From the NCBI GenBank assembly GCA_937875785.1, contig CALEGV010000072.1, positions 4,543 through 68,542 of the forward strand: a stretch of 64,000 nucleotides of DNA. The letters run 5' to 3'. Below, in pieces: positions 1 to 8,969 of this stretch. Both the position numbers and the translations under genes were made by a program. This DNA comes from an uncultured Mollicutes bacterium (GTDB lineage Bacteria > Bacillota_I > Bacilli_A > ML615J-28 > CAG-313). The notes beneath the pieces are model-generated. The model was not told where the DNA came from. It did no database searches and was given only the letters and a program-made list of their open reading frames with translations. Each line of letters begins with the position of its first letter. The stretch's first letter is position 1.

Positions 1-675
1 ATGGTTCGTCTCTACAGCAGACGTCTCACGCCACACCCAGGAAACATGTATGGTTCCTTTCCTGTCAACACACATTTGCCAGTATGCATTTCTCTGTCCT
101 TCACCATCAATTAAAGTATCCTGCAAGCGCTTCCACTGGCCTTTCCGTACATCGTACCTATTCAGTACAAGATTGCCCTGACCGGACTTACCCAAACGGT
201 AAGCAAACAGCAAATCACCATTTTTCAATGTATAAAATTCGGGATAGGTCACCTTCCTTTCATCTTTACCCAACATAGATTGCAACGTATCCAGCCGGAG
301 GGAATAAGCTTCTACACTCTTACAATATTGCAACGGAGCATTGTGATGATTAAAAGCCACATGCAGATAACCTTTACCGTCGATACCAATACTGATAACG
401 TTGTGGGCATCCTCGCATTTTCCTTTATAAGGTGAACGGAGTATTTCAAAACGGTCGTTTCCTAAACGGCGTTTTCCCAAGGTCAGATATCCATCTTCGT
501 CATAATAGGCAATAAATTGCATATTTCCTTTCGAAGTAACGGAGTTTGTCCGAAAAATGGCAGTATTAACAGACGTACTGCTATATCCCATACCAGCTTT
601 GACCAGTTTCTGAGCATGTAACAGAGAGACACTCCCCAACAGCCCGCATATGAGTAACAAAATATTTCTATACAT
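1..675 (-). CDS. BNR-4 repeat-containing secreted protein; 3' end runs off the window
   Basis: Absent from the ORF track because it is open at the window edge. Hand translation from the ATG at 675-673 gives MYRNILLLICGLLGSVSLLHAQKLVKAGMGYSSTSVNTAIFRTNSVTSKGNMQFIAYYDEDGYL...VSWVWRETSAVETNH. It has a signal peptide (LHA/Q). The sequence pattern resembles BNR_4 beta-propeller proteins of Bacteroidetes PULs. Confidence 0.55.
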   Translation of the reverse strand, partial: MYRNILLLICGLLGSVSLLHAQKLVKAGMGYSSTSVNTAIFRTNSVTSKGNMQFIAYYDEDGYLTLGKRRLGNDRFEILRSPYKGKCEDAHNVISIGIDGKGYLHVAFNHHNAPLQYCKSVEAYSLRLDTLQSMLGKDERKVTYPEFYTLKNGDLLFAYRLGKSGQGNLVLNRYDVRKGQWKRLQDTLIDGEGQRNAYWQMCVDRKGTIHVSWVWRETSAVETNH

Positions 676-685
676 AATATTTATG

Positions 686-1837
686 CTATTTCAATTTATA
701 TATTTCCGAAGCGGCTAACAAAAAGCAGCCTACTGCAAAATCCTCCGGTTCATGTATACAATCGTAAGTTAAGGGCTGACCGGCCTTAGGACTATTACTT
801 CTCCCTTGCATATATCCCAATGCACCATTCGGATGCATACAGTCCTTTACCAAAGCATTCCAAGCTTTCAAGGTCATTGGCAGATATTCGTCACGATCCA
901 AAATACCGTTCCTTATTCCCCATGCCAAACCATATACAAATAAAGCGGTACCGGTACCTTCCTTTCCACCAAAATTACCGGGATCATGTAGGCTTACATT
1001 CCAAAAACCGTCTTCGCGCTGGCAAAGTTTAATGGCCTTGCTCATCTGCAAAAAGTCTTTCAGATAATCCTTGTAATGCTTATCTTTTCGGGGAATCAGA
1101 TTCATGACACGCGCCAGCGCAGCGTATGCCCATCCATTGCCCCTGGACCAGTAGCAGTCTCGTCCGTTAGGCTCTTTATAAGGCGGGGCAAATCTCTTAT
1201 CGCGATACCAAAGCCCGTCTTTACGATTGTACAACCCCTTATCGCCATGATGGTTGCGTGTGAATGAATACAAATCCCACATCTTGTCATAATAAGATTG
1301 TTCTCCAGTCAGTCTGCCCAACTTAGCAAATACAGGCATAGACATCTGGATAGCATCTACCCACCACCAGTCATCGTTCTGAGGTGTATTCACCATCATG
1401 TCAATGGATAATTTTATATCCTTGATTTTATTGGGATCATCAGGACAAATGTTATACAAATCAATATAAGTCTGCCCACAACACTGATTGTCTGCATGAC
1501 GAGTAACAGTCCCTTTATCCAACCCCCATTTATGGAATTCCGCCCATTTCAATGCATAATCGTAAAATTCCTTTTGGGGATAAATGGCATGAAAAGCCAT
1601 TAAACCTTCAAAATATACAGCCCTCGTCCATATATTGCTTGGCCGTAAGGTATGTACAAATGTAGGTTGACAAGGATCCGGATATTTGACCATAAAATAA
1701 TTATTGGCCAACAGCATGTGTTTCAAAGTTTCTTCCTGCTTCGGTATTTGCTGTGAATTCAGCGCAAGAAAATTAAAGAACACAATAATCGGTAGAATTA
1801 CAAACTTGTTTTTCATAATAAACATTTCATTAATCAA
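686..1837 (-). CDS. Glyco_hydro_88-fold unsaturated uronyl hydrolase (GH105/GH88-like), secreted
   Basis: 383-aa ORF with a signal peptide (MKNKFVILPIIVFFNFLALNSQQ). The real start is probably the internal Met at 1816. Motifs DDWWWVDAIQMSMP and SRGNGWAYAALARV are typical of the six-hairpin YteR/UGL fold. Confidence 0.7.
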   Translation of the reverse strand: MINEMFIMKNKFVILPIIVFFNFLALNSQQIPKQEETLKHMLLANNYFMVKYPDPCQPTFVHTLRPSNIWTRAVYFEGLMAFHAIYPQKEFYDYALKWAEFHKWGLDKGTVTRHADNQCCGQTYIDLYNICPDDPNKIKDIKLSIDMMVNTPQNDDWWWVDAIQMSMPVFAKLGRLTGEQSYYDKMWDLYSFTRNHHGDKGLYNRKDGLWYRDKRFAPPYKEPNGRDCYWSRGNGWAYAALARVMNLIPRKDKHYKDYLKDFLQMSKAIKLCQREDGFWNVSLHDPGNFGGKEGTGTALFVYGLAWGIRNGILDRDEYLPMTLKAWNALVKDCMHPNGALGYMQGRSNSPKAGQPLTYDCIHEPEDFAVGCFLLAASEIYKLK

Positions 1838-1846
1838 AATTAAAAA

Positions 1847-2692
1847 TCAGACTCCGCTACAAGCCAGAAAGCCTCCGTCAATTGGTATGGTAATGCCGGT
1901 TACAAAGCCGGAAGCTTCTTCATTGATAAGCCAGTTCATACAACCTACCAGCTCTTGCGCTTCCCCAAAATGCTTCATGGGTGTTTGACGCAAAATGTTA
2001 CTTCCCCTTTCCGAAAAGTTACCATCCGGAGTCATCAACAGCTTACGGCTCCTGTCATTCAGAAAAAATCCCGGAGCAATGGCATTCACACGTATATGGA
2101 CCGGTGCCAGATAGGCAGCCAACCATTGGGTGAAATTTGCAATACCTGCTTTGCTCAAGGCATAAGCTGGTACCCGCGACAAAGGCCGATAAGTATTCAT
2201 TGATGCAAAATTGATGATACATCCTTTGCCCAACCGAACCATATCCGGGGCAAAAACCTGACAAGGAATAACCGTGCCCATAATATTTACATCAATCACA
2301 TCCAAGAAACGGCTCATGTCCAGATTAAAGAAACCGCGCAATTCTCCTTGCTCCTCTTCCAATTCCCGTTCGTTAAATTCATTGATATTAGTCACTGCCT
2401 CCGGCTGGTTACCTCCCGCCCCGTTAATAAGAATCGAACATGCACCAAACTGTTCGTTAATCAAAGCATGTGCCCTCTTTACTTCCGCTAAATTACGAAC
2501 ATCACACGAAACAGACAAAACATTCCCATCCGCCTCTTTTATCATCTTCTCCGTCTTCCGCAACTTTTCCAGACTACGACCTATAAGGGCTACTCGATAG
2601 CCCTTCCGAGCCAAGTCTACAGCTAACTCCGAACATAACGTACCACCGGCTCCCGTAACGACAGCCACTTCTTCTTTTTTTATATTGTTCAT
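1847..2692 (-). CDS. uxuB: SDR-family D-mannonate (fructuronate) oxidoreductase, YjmF/UxuB type
   Basis: Has the Rossmann motif VVTGAGGTLC and the YxxxK catalytic motif (YALSK). The long insert GGNQPEAVT...FFNLDMSRFLDVIDVNIMGT is characteristic of SDR-type UxuB. Start moved to MNNIKKEE (2692), which removes the overlap with uxaC. Confidence 0.6.
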   Translation of the reverse strand: MNNIKKEEVAVVTGAGGTLCSELAVDLARKGYRVALIGRSLEKLRKTEKMIKEADGNVLSVSCDVRNLAEVKRAHALINEQFGACSILINGAGGNQPEAVTNINEFNERELEEEQGELRGFFNLDMSRFLDVIDVNIMGTVIPCQVFAPDMVRLGKGCIINFASMNTYRPLSRVPAYALSKAGIANFTQWLAAYLAPVHIRVNAIAPGFFLNDRSRKLLMTPDGNFSERGSNILRQTPMKHFGEAQELVGCMNWLINEEASGFVTGITIPIDGGFLACSGV

Positions 2693-2694
2693 AC

Positions 2695-4101
2695 CTATTT
2701 CCTCCAATTTTTACAATTTCTATAACAAATGTCTCTTACTATATCGCCTAATAAAGTCATATCCGACGGGAACTCTCCGCTGACTACCTTTTCACCAATA
2801 AACCGGCAAAGCACCCTGCGGAAATATTCATGACGCGAGAAGGAAAGTACACTCCGTGAATCTGTCGTCATACCGACAAAACAGCTCAAAAGTCCATAAG
2901 AAGATAGGGATTGCAATTGTTGCGTCATTCCTTCCAAATGATCATTGTACCACCAGGCAGGACCAAATTGCACTTTTCCTAAAATACCACTGCCCGAATA
3001 TGAACCGGTCAGTGTGGCAAAAACAGCATTGTCCGCCGGATTTAATGTATACAAAATGGTCCGAGGCAACGAATCCTCCTCATTCAATGTGTCTAGGAAG
3101 CAAACCAAACTGTTCACATCGCACGCCGAACCGATCGCTGCATATCCTCCCGCCGGACCAAGCCGTGTCCGCAACTGAGTATTGGTATCCCGTTTGGCCC
3201 CAATATGTAATTGCATGTTCCAGTTTCTCCGTGCATAGCAGCGCCCCATGAACAACAAGACATACGACTGTAATTTCACCGTTTCCGCAGGAGAGATTTC
3301 CCCAATCTGCAACAATTTACCGAATAAGGACGAAGCCTCTCCCGATAAAACCGGTACAAACCTGAAACCCGCATCCAAAGAATGGTCGGCGTACTCGCAT
3401 CCTGCATCAGAAAAAAGGTTCAGACGAATATCTATTGCATTCAGATAATCTTCCAGACACTTTATTTTCATACCTGAAAGCTCCGCTAACTGCGAAACGA
3501 AATCCTTGAAAGAAGGAGTTGTAAAAGAAATTACCGAATCCGCCCGCAGCGAAGGCTTCACTATAATATTCTGAGGTTGTAGGGATGCCTGGCGATGCCA
3601 AGTGAAATCGGCCAATAAATCATCGGAAGTACATAACATTTCCACCCGACATTTCTTCAAGATGTCCAGCATTCCCCATCCCGGCTGCCGGAGGATGTCA
3701 TTGCACACCTTCCATATCTCCCCCGCATTTTCCCGATTCAAGATTTCGTCAATACCGAAAAAGCGTTTTAACTCCAGACATGACCAATGGAACAAAGGAT
3801 TACCAATGGTACGTGTGAATATGGAGGCCCACGTATCATACCGTTCTTTACCGGATATGCCAACCCCTGTAATCATCTCTTCGTCAATACCGGCTATACG
3901 CATCACACGATGTTTGTAAGGATCAGCATGAATCCACAATTCTGCCAAATCAACGAATTTATGATTTTCTGCCAGTTTTCGCGGGTCCAGATGGTTATGA
4001 AAGTCTATAACCGGAAGATTTTCAGCAATCTCATGATAGAGTTGCCTAGAAATACGGGTCGTCAGCAGAAAATCCTCATTAATAAAACTATCCATACTCA
4101 A
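2695..4101 (-). CDS. uxaC: Uronate (glucuronate) isomerase
   Basis: 468 aa. The N-terminus FINEDFLLTTRISRQLYHEIAENLPVIDFHNHLDPRKLAENHKF matches the canonical UxaC N-terminus with its HxH metal motif. Length is typical. Confidence 0.9.
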   Translation of the reverse strand: MSMDSFINEDFLLTTRISRQLYHEIAENLPVIDFHNHLDPRKLAENHKFVDLAELWIHADPYKHRVMRIAGIDEEMITGVGISGKERYDTWASIFTRTIGNPLFHWSCLELKRFFGIDEILNRENAGEIWKVCNDILRQPGWGMLDILKKCRVEMLCTSDDLLADFTWHRQASLQPQNIIVKPSLRADSVISFTTPSFKDFVSQLAELSGMKIKCLEDYLNAIDIRLNLFSDAGCEYADHSLDAGFRFVPVLSGEASSLFGKLLQIGEISPAETVKLQSYVLLFMGRCYARRNWNMQLHIGAKRDTNTQLRTRLGPAGGYAAIGSACDVNSLVCFLDTLNEEDSLPRTILYTLNPADNAVFATLTGSYSGSGILGKVQFGPAWWYNDHLEGMTQQLQSLSSYGLLSCFVGMTTDSRSVLSFSRHEYFRRVLCRFIGEKVVSGEFPSDMTLLGDIVRDICYRNCKNWRK

Positions 4102-4107
4102 GCTGCT

Positions 4108-4836
4108 TTAAAAATAGCCACCATTCTTTACCATCTCCTGAGCAGAAAAGCCTTCATGTACCCAAGTACGCATCTCCCTCTCCTGCTGCTTGATAGCTTC
4201 AGCTCTCAACAATACGTCATAGGCGATGCTACGCGGAATGGCTACCACACCATCCACATCACCAAAAATGACATCTCCCGGCTTTATATAAACTTTTCCA
4301 ATCCTAACCGGTATATTATATCCTGTTATTTTAGTTCTCCCTAAAGAACCGTTCGAACTGCGGTAACGGTAGAATATAGGAAAGTCTTGCTTCAATACCT
4401 GAATCGTATCACGCAGCCCACCGTTGACCACAGCACATCTTGCTCCGCGGGCTATAGCGGAAGCTGTCATTACCTCTCCCCAATGAGCTGCTTCATCTTC
4501 ATTACCTGCGTCCCATACCACACAACAATTTTTCGGCATATCATCCAGCATCTGTGCCCTGATATCCATTTCCCCCTTGACAGTGGGGTCCGGATTACTG
4601 CGAATAGTGAATGCGATGCCTGCCGCACGCATTTCAAACTGCAATGGTAAGATAGTAATCGGCAAGGCTTGATCCATCAATGTGGCTTCACGCAAAACAT
4701 CGTTTACGGCTCCTGTATAAAGATTTTCGTAACGTTCACACAATTCTTGATCTGAAATCGGAAACTCTATACCATCTATCCTATCCAATTTCTCAATCAA
4801 TTTCTCTAACTTCATTAAATTATTGTCCATAATCAT
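4108..4836 (-). CDS. RraA-family protein (class II aldolase/decarboxylase-like, RraA/HMG aldolase fold)
   Basis: 242 aa. The pattern AAHWGEVMTASAIARGARCAVVNGGLRDT...GDVIFGDVDGVVAIP matches the RraA-like family (GxxRD and DxDGVV motifs). Confidence 0.65.
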   Translation of the reverse strand: MIMDNNLMKLEKLIEKLDRIDGIEFPISDQELCERYENLYTGAVNDVLREATLMDQALPITILPLQFEMRAAGIAFTIRSNPDPTVKGEMDIRAQMLDDMPKNCCVVWDAGNEDEAAHWGEVMTASAIARGARCAVVNGGLRDTIQVLKQDFPIFYRYRSSNGSLGRTKITGYNIPVRIGKVYIKPGDVIFGDVDGVVAIPRSIAYDVLLRAEAIKQQEREMRTWVHEGFSAQEMVKNGGYF

Positions 4837-4838
4837 TT

Positions 4839-5786
4839 TTATTCTTCTAATAAACCTTTTAAATATCCTGTCGCAAATATATGTCCCAGCATCTCATACG
4901 CCGGATTTTCTCCTGACTCACCAGCCATAACAGGAGCATGGTCTGTACGGATCACTCCATCAAACCCAATTTCCTTATATGCACGCATGCAGGCTTTCAT
5001 GTCAGTCTGCCCTTCATCATGGAATGTCTCTTCAAAAGCATCTGCATCTCCACGTATATCTCGGAAATGGACAAAGAAAATCTTCCGACCGAAATGTCTT
5101 ATCAAAGAAGGTATGTCCTCATTCATGGCTGCAAAAGAACCTTGGCAAAATGTTATCCCGTTGTAATCGCTGGGATAAAGTTCTAAGGCTTTGTCGAAAT
5201 TCTCTACATTTCTAAAGATACGCGACACTCCCTGCAAGGAAGGTACCGGAGGATCATCCGGATGAAGAGCCAGTTTCACTTTACATGCTTCTGCTACGGG
5301 TAATACCTTATCCATAAAGTATTTATAATTGTCCCATATCTGTATGTCAGTTTGTGTCCCGGCTTCAGTCAACTGCGGGGCTGCCTGCATCAATTTTGAA
5401 TCAAATGCCGTTACCAGTGCCCCACCTCTCCCCTTTTTAGCAAAAGAGGTACGATACCAACCGGATTGGGGCATGAAATTGTAACATAAAACAGGAATAT
5501 CCAAAGCCGCCATATTTCTCAGTACTTGCTTGAATATCTCTATTTCTTCATCCCTGCCTGGCAATCCCAGCTTAATCTTATAATGGGGAGGAGCCGGTTC
5601 AATTACTTCAAGCTTCAGACCTGCATCATTCAAACTCTCTTTAGCATAAAGCAGAGCCTTGAAATCCCACGGTTTCATATAATACCGTTCGGCAGGCAAT
5701 GCCGCTACCGCATATTCTACACCCAATTGGGTTGCAATCTTCCACTTTACCGATGGCAAAGTAGGTAAATACCATGCTAGTTTCAT
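4839..5786 (-). CDS. uxuA: Mannonate dehydratase family protein (short UxuA-like TIM barrel)
   Basis: 315 aa. Contains LALHPDDPP, FVHFRD and IRTDHAP, resembling the UxuA-family metal/active-site segments. It is shorter than E. coli UxuA. Confidence 0.6.
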   Translation of the reverse strand: MKLAWYLPTLPSVKWKIATQLGVEYAVAALPAERYYMKPWDFKALLYAKESLNDAGLKLEVIEPAPPHYKIKLGLPGRDEEIEIFKQVLRNMAALDIPVLCYNFMPQSGWYRTSFAKKGRGGALVTAFDSKLMQAAPQLTEAGTQTDIQIWDNYKYFMDKVLPVAEACKVKLALHPDDPPVPSLQGVSRIFRNVENFDKALELYPSDYNGITFCQGSFAAMNEDIPSLIRHFGRKIFFVHFRDIRGDADAFEETFHDEGQTDMKACMRAYKEIGFDGVIRTDHAPVMAGESGENPAYEMLGHIFATGYLKGLLEE

Positions 5787-5789
5787 TAT

Positions 5790-7454
5790 TTACTTTTTTA
5801 TTTTCAATTTATAAACAACACACAGAGCCACTGCCAGTAAAAGACTCAAAATGCCGGCGCATAAACTCAAATCTCCACCCATAGAACGTAGATTGGGAAT
5901 GCTCATTCCTATAAAAAGCCCGCCGGATACAACAAGAGATACCAACAGTAATATCATCAGTGCTTTAACATATTGCGATGAAATGGAAGGAACCTTTTTA
6001 GGGTCTATATTCACACTCAAGGCATCAAACAGTTCATCCACTTTCACTTTGTCTTTCATATCCATCTGCCCATAAACCGGCAGATAATAAAGAACCAAAC
6101 AAACTATTAACTCGATAAGTGTTGCCATCTCCCAATCCACTTCGGGAAGTGCATTCAAGACAATCCCTACTACAATTCCAGCACTGATCGTAATTATAGC
6201 CGCCTTGGCATTCGGCTTGCGGCTTACAATACCCAATACCAAAGGAATACCTATAGGAATACAGAATATTCCCGTAAACAGTTTATTGGCTTCAAAAGCT
6301 CCTCCAAACCCTTCGATATAGATAGCACCTACTGTAATCAGTGCTCCGATAACCAATGTAGACCAACGAGCCACAACCAGAAGGCGTTTTTCAGCAGCTT
6401 CCGTATTAAACAACCGCTGATATACATCCTTTGTAAAAACACTCGACATAACATTGTACTCGGCATTCAGTGAAGACATAGTTGCCGCAAACATCGAAGA
6501 AAACATGATACCCATAATACCGGCAGGAAGCAAGCGAATGGCAACCGATATATAGGACATCTCCGGATTCTCCAGTTCCGGAACTATTAAAGAAGAGGCA
6601 ACAGCCGGAATGAGGAATATCGGGGTAAACACTAAAAAGAGGATACCCGTCAGAACTCCCATTTTCTTAGCTGCTTTTTCGTCTTTCACACAAAAGAATT
6701 TCTGAATAAATGTCCAGTTCTCATTGTATTTTATCATCGTCATTACATAATAGATTGCCAACCAGAAAAATGCTCCTTTGGGACCATTAAACCACGTCAT
6801 CTTCTCAGGGATCTGTTGATAAAGTCCACCAATACCTCCCACTTCATGTAAGGACACGGGCAGCAGTACACAGGTGATAAGTATTAAGATCACAAACTGT
6901 ACCGTACTCATAATCGTTACAGTCCAGATACCGCCAATAATATTGAACAGCGTAACAATTACACCCGAAATGATGATGGCCCATTCCAATGACAGAGGAG
7001 TGACTACAGTAATGAAAACACCAATAGCATACAACCGCACCATATTGTCTAACAGCCTCACCAGTAATCCTACCCACGTCATTATTTCACGAACAGAGAA
7101 ACTATAACGCTGTTCCAAATATTCGATGGGAGTGACGCAACCAGTCCGCCGCCAACGTCCGCCAAGCCACAGGCTGCCAATGATACATGCCGGTACAGTG
7201 GACCAAAATACCGTAACAGAGACCAACCCGTACTCGTAAGCAATCCCGGCATAAGCCACGAAGACAAACGTACTGAACAATCCCATAAAATTGGTAACGG
7301 TAGCCATCACCCAGGGGATAGTGCCATTTCCCTTGAAATAAGCACCGACATCTTTTATAAACCAACCGAAAGACAGCCCTATCCCCGCCATCAATAATAT
7401 ATAAACACCAATGGCCCAATAATCCAGTTCCTGTAATTGTAACTCCATAGCCAT
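5790..7454 (-). CDS. Sodium:solute symporter family transporter
   Basis: 554 aa, polytopic with about 13-14 hydrophobic segments. The SSF-like N-terminal half (GNGTIPWVMATVTNFMG...) sits inside a sugar-catabolic cluster. Confidence 0.7.
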   Translation of the reverse strand: MAMELQLQELDYWAIGVYILLMAGIGLSFGWFIKDVGAYFKGNGTIPWVMATVTNFMGLFSTFVFVAYAGIAYEYGLVSVTVFWSTVPACIIGSLWLGGRWRRTGCVTPIEYLEQRYSFSVREIMTWVGLLVRLLDNMVRLYAIGVFITVVTPLSLEWAIIISGVIVTLFNIIGGIWTVTIMSTVQFVILILITCVLLPVSLHEVGGIGGLYQQIPEKMTWFNGPKGAFFWLAIYYVMTMIKYNENWTFIQKFFCVKDEKAAKKMGVLTGILFLVFTPIFLIPAVASSLIVPELENPEMSYISVAIRLLPAGIMGIMFSSMFAATMSSLNAEYNVMSSVFTKDVYQRLFNTEAAEKRLLVVARWSTLVIGALITVGAIYIEGFGGAFEANKLFTGIFCIPIGIPLVLGIVSRKPNAKAAIITISAGIVVGIVLNALPEVDWEMATLIELIVCLVLYYLPVYGQMDMKDKVKVDELFDALSVNIDPKKVPSISSQYVKALMILLLVSLVVSGGLFIGMSIPNLRSMGGDLSLCAGILSLLLAVALCVVYKLKIKK

Positions 7455-8908
7455 TATTCATATTTGATTAAGCTCTGGTCAACGACCATAATCGGAGAAT
7501 CATATACCGGAAGATTGCTAAAACAATACTTGTCTCCGTGCTTACTTATATCACCGGCAGGAATCTTATAAACTTTACCAGTCAACAAATCTACCCATAC
7601 AGGATTCTTAAATTTTCCCCCGGCCACTTCCACATCCACCGGGGTAGGCTGATTGAAGTTTGTAGGAGTAGCTTCATCGTACCATATCAGGAATGACTGT
7701 AATTCACTCTTTTCATCTTGATAGGCAAAAAGACTATAAGGATAATCCGTCTTGACCTCAAACCTATGTACATCTACCGAATGCTGTAACAAATCGAACA
7801 CCGAAGCCAGATGTTGTACGGCATAATAAACCACCTTTGCCCGAACAACCTGGTTTTGTTCATTAGTTTCCAACAGGCCTTTTACATTTTTCTTCTTGAT
7901 GGCATCATTACCGCCATAGTTCATATCTGCAATACTGAATATCCCGGTAGCAATATCCCGCCCGTGATCACCGAGCATTCTTCTCAAAGCCCATTTGGCC
8001 TGCGAGACTTCCGACCATTGATAAGCTCCTAAAGCTCCACCCATATATCCTTTGGATGGTGCACCGTTCTCACCTTGCCACAATTTGATATGATCTGAAT
8101 ATTTTTGTATAACTTGCCGCATCTTCTCAACCTTCGGATACACATCTTCCGGCCGGAACACATACTGGTGATACGAAATCCAATCAAAAAGTTCCAATTT
8201 CCCGCGTTCCTTAAAATCCTGCATACATTTCTCCAGAAATTCTGCATCGGCAAAGGCCAATGCCAAAGCAGCGATCTTAGCATCCGGCTCTATTCGCTTT
8301 ATAATTTCTGCCGTACGAATATTCAGGTCCGTCAGACTCTTATAATCCTTGATCTGTTCTTTATTGATATCCGGCTCATTCCAGATTTCCCATTCATAAA
8401 CCTTACCTTTATAATGAAGAGCCATAGCCTCCACCCATCTGTTCCAAGCAGTTTTTCCCTCTTCGGAAGTAGGCCAACCTCCTTTCAGATAGGGGGTTCC
8501 CCCACCTTCATAGATGGGGTTCCCATAAGATGCCTGTAACCAGATTTTTATTCCACGTCCAACTGCATCATTTATGATGGAATCCAACCAGGCAAAATCA
8601 TAAACTCCCTTTATCTTTTCTGTTTTGGCCCATCCGGCTTGCAACCGTATCTTTTTAAGACCCAAAGGAACGATATATTCTTTATACTGATGGTAGTCGG
8701 CATAATCCCTATCCAGCACCTCGCATCCTAAAGTCAGATCGTTTTTTACCTCATGAATACTTTTAGGAGATAGTACACCGATCGCTTCATACGGTACGGC
8801 AAGATTCGTTTTCACCCGTCCTTCACTAACCGGTGTATGGGTACATGAGCTTACAACCCAAAGCAGCAAGAAATGACATAAAACATTTATTTGATTCCTC
8901 ATTTTCAA
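7454..8908 (-). CDS. Clan GH-A (beta/alpha)8 glycoside hydrolase lipoprotein (GH39/GH5-like)
   Basis: 484 aa with a lipoprotein signal (LLLWVVSSC). Acid/base motif EIWNEPD; candidate nucleophile segment LWQGENGAP. The exact GH family cannot be assigned by eye. Confidence 0.55.
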   Translation of the reverse strand: MKMRNQINVLCHFLLLWVVSSCTHTPVSEGRVKTNLAVPYEAIGVLSPKSIHEVKNDLTLGCEVLDRDYADYHQYKEYIVPLGLKKIRLQAGWAKTEKIKGVYDFAWLDSIINDAVGRGIKIWLQASYGNPIYEGGGTPYLKGGWPTSEEGKTAWNRWVEAMALHYKGKVYEWEIWNEPDINKEQIKDYKSLTDLNIRTAEIIKRIEPDAKIAALALAFADAEFLEKCMQDFKERGKLELFDWISYHQYVFRPEDVYPKVEKMRQVIQKYSDHIKLWQGENGAPSKGYMGGALGAYQWSEVSQAKWALRRMLGDHGRDIATGIFSIADMNYGGNDAIKKKNVKGLLETNEQNQVVRAKVVYYAVQHLASVFDLLQHSVDVHRFEVKTDYPYSLFAYQDEKSELQSFLIWYDEATPTNFNQPTPVDVEVAGGKFKNPVWVDLLTGKVYKIPAGDISKHGDKYCFSNLPVYDSPIMVVDQSLIKYE

Positions 8909-8969
8909 TTCCTTTTAAAAAATTATAGTTAGAAACTGTATTATTCTTGTTTATTATATCAGTAGTTCC

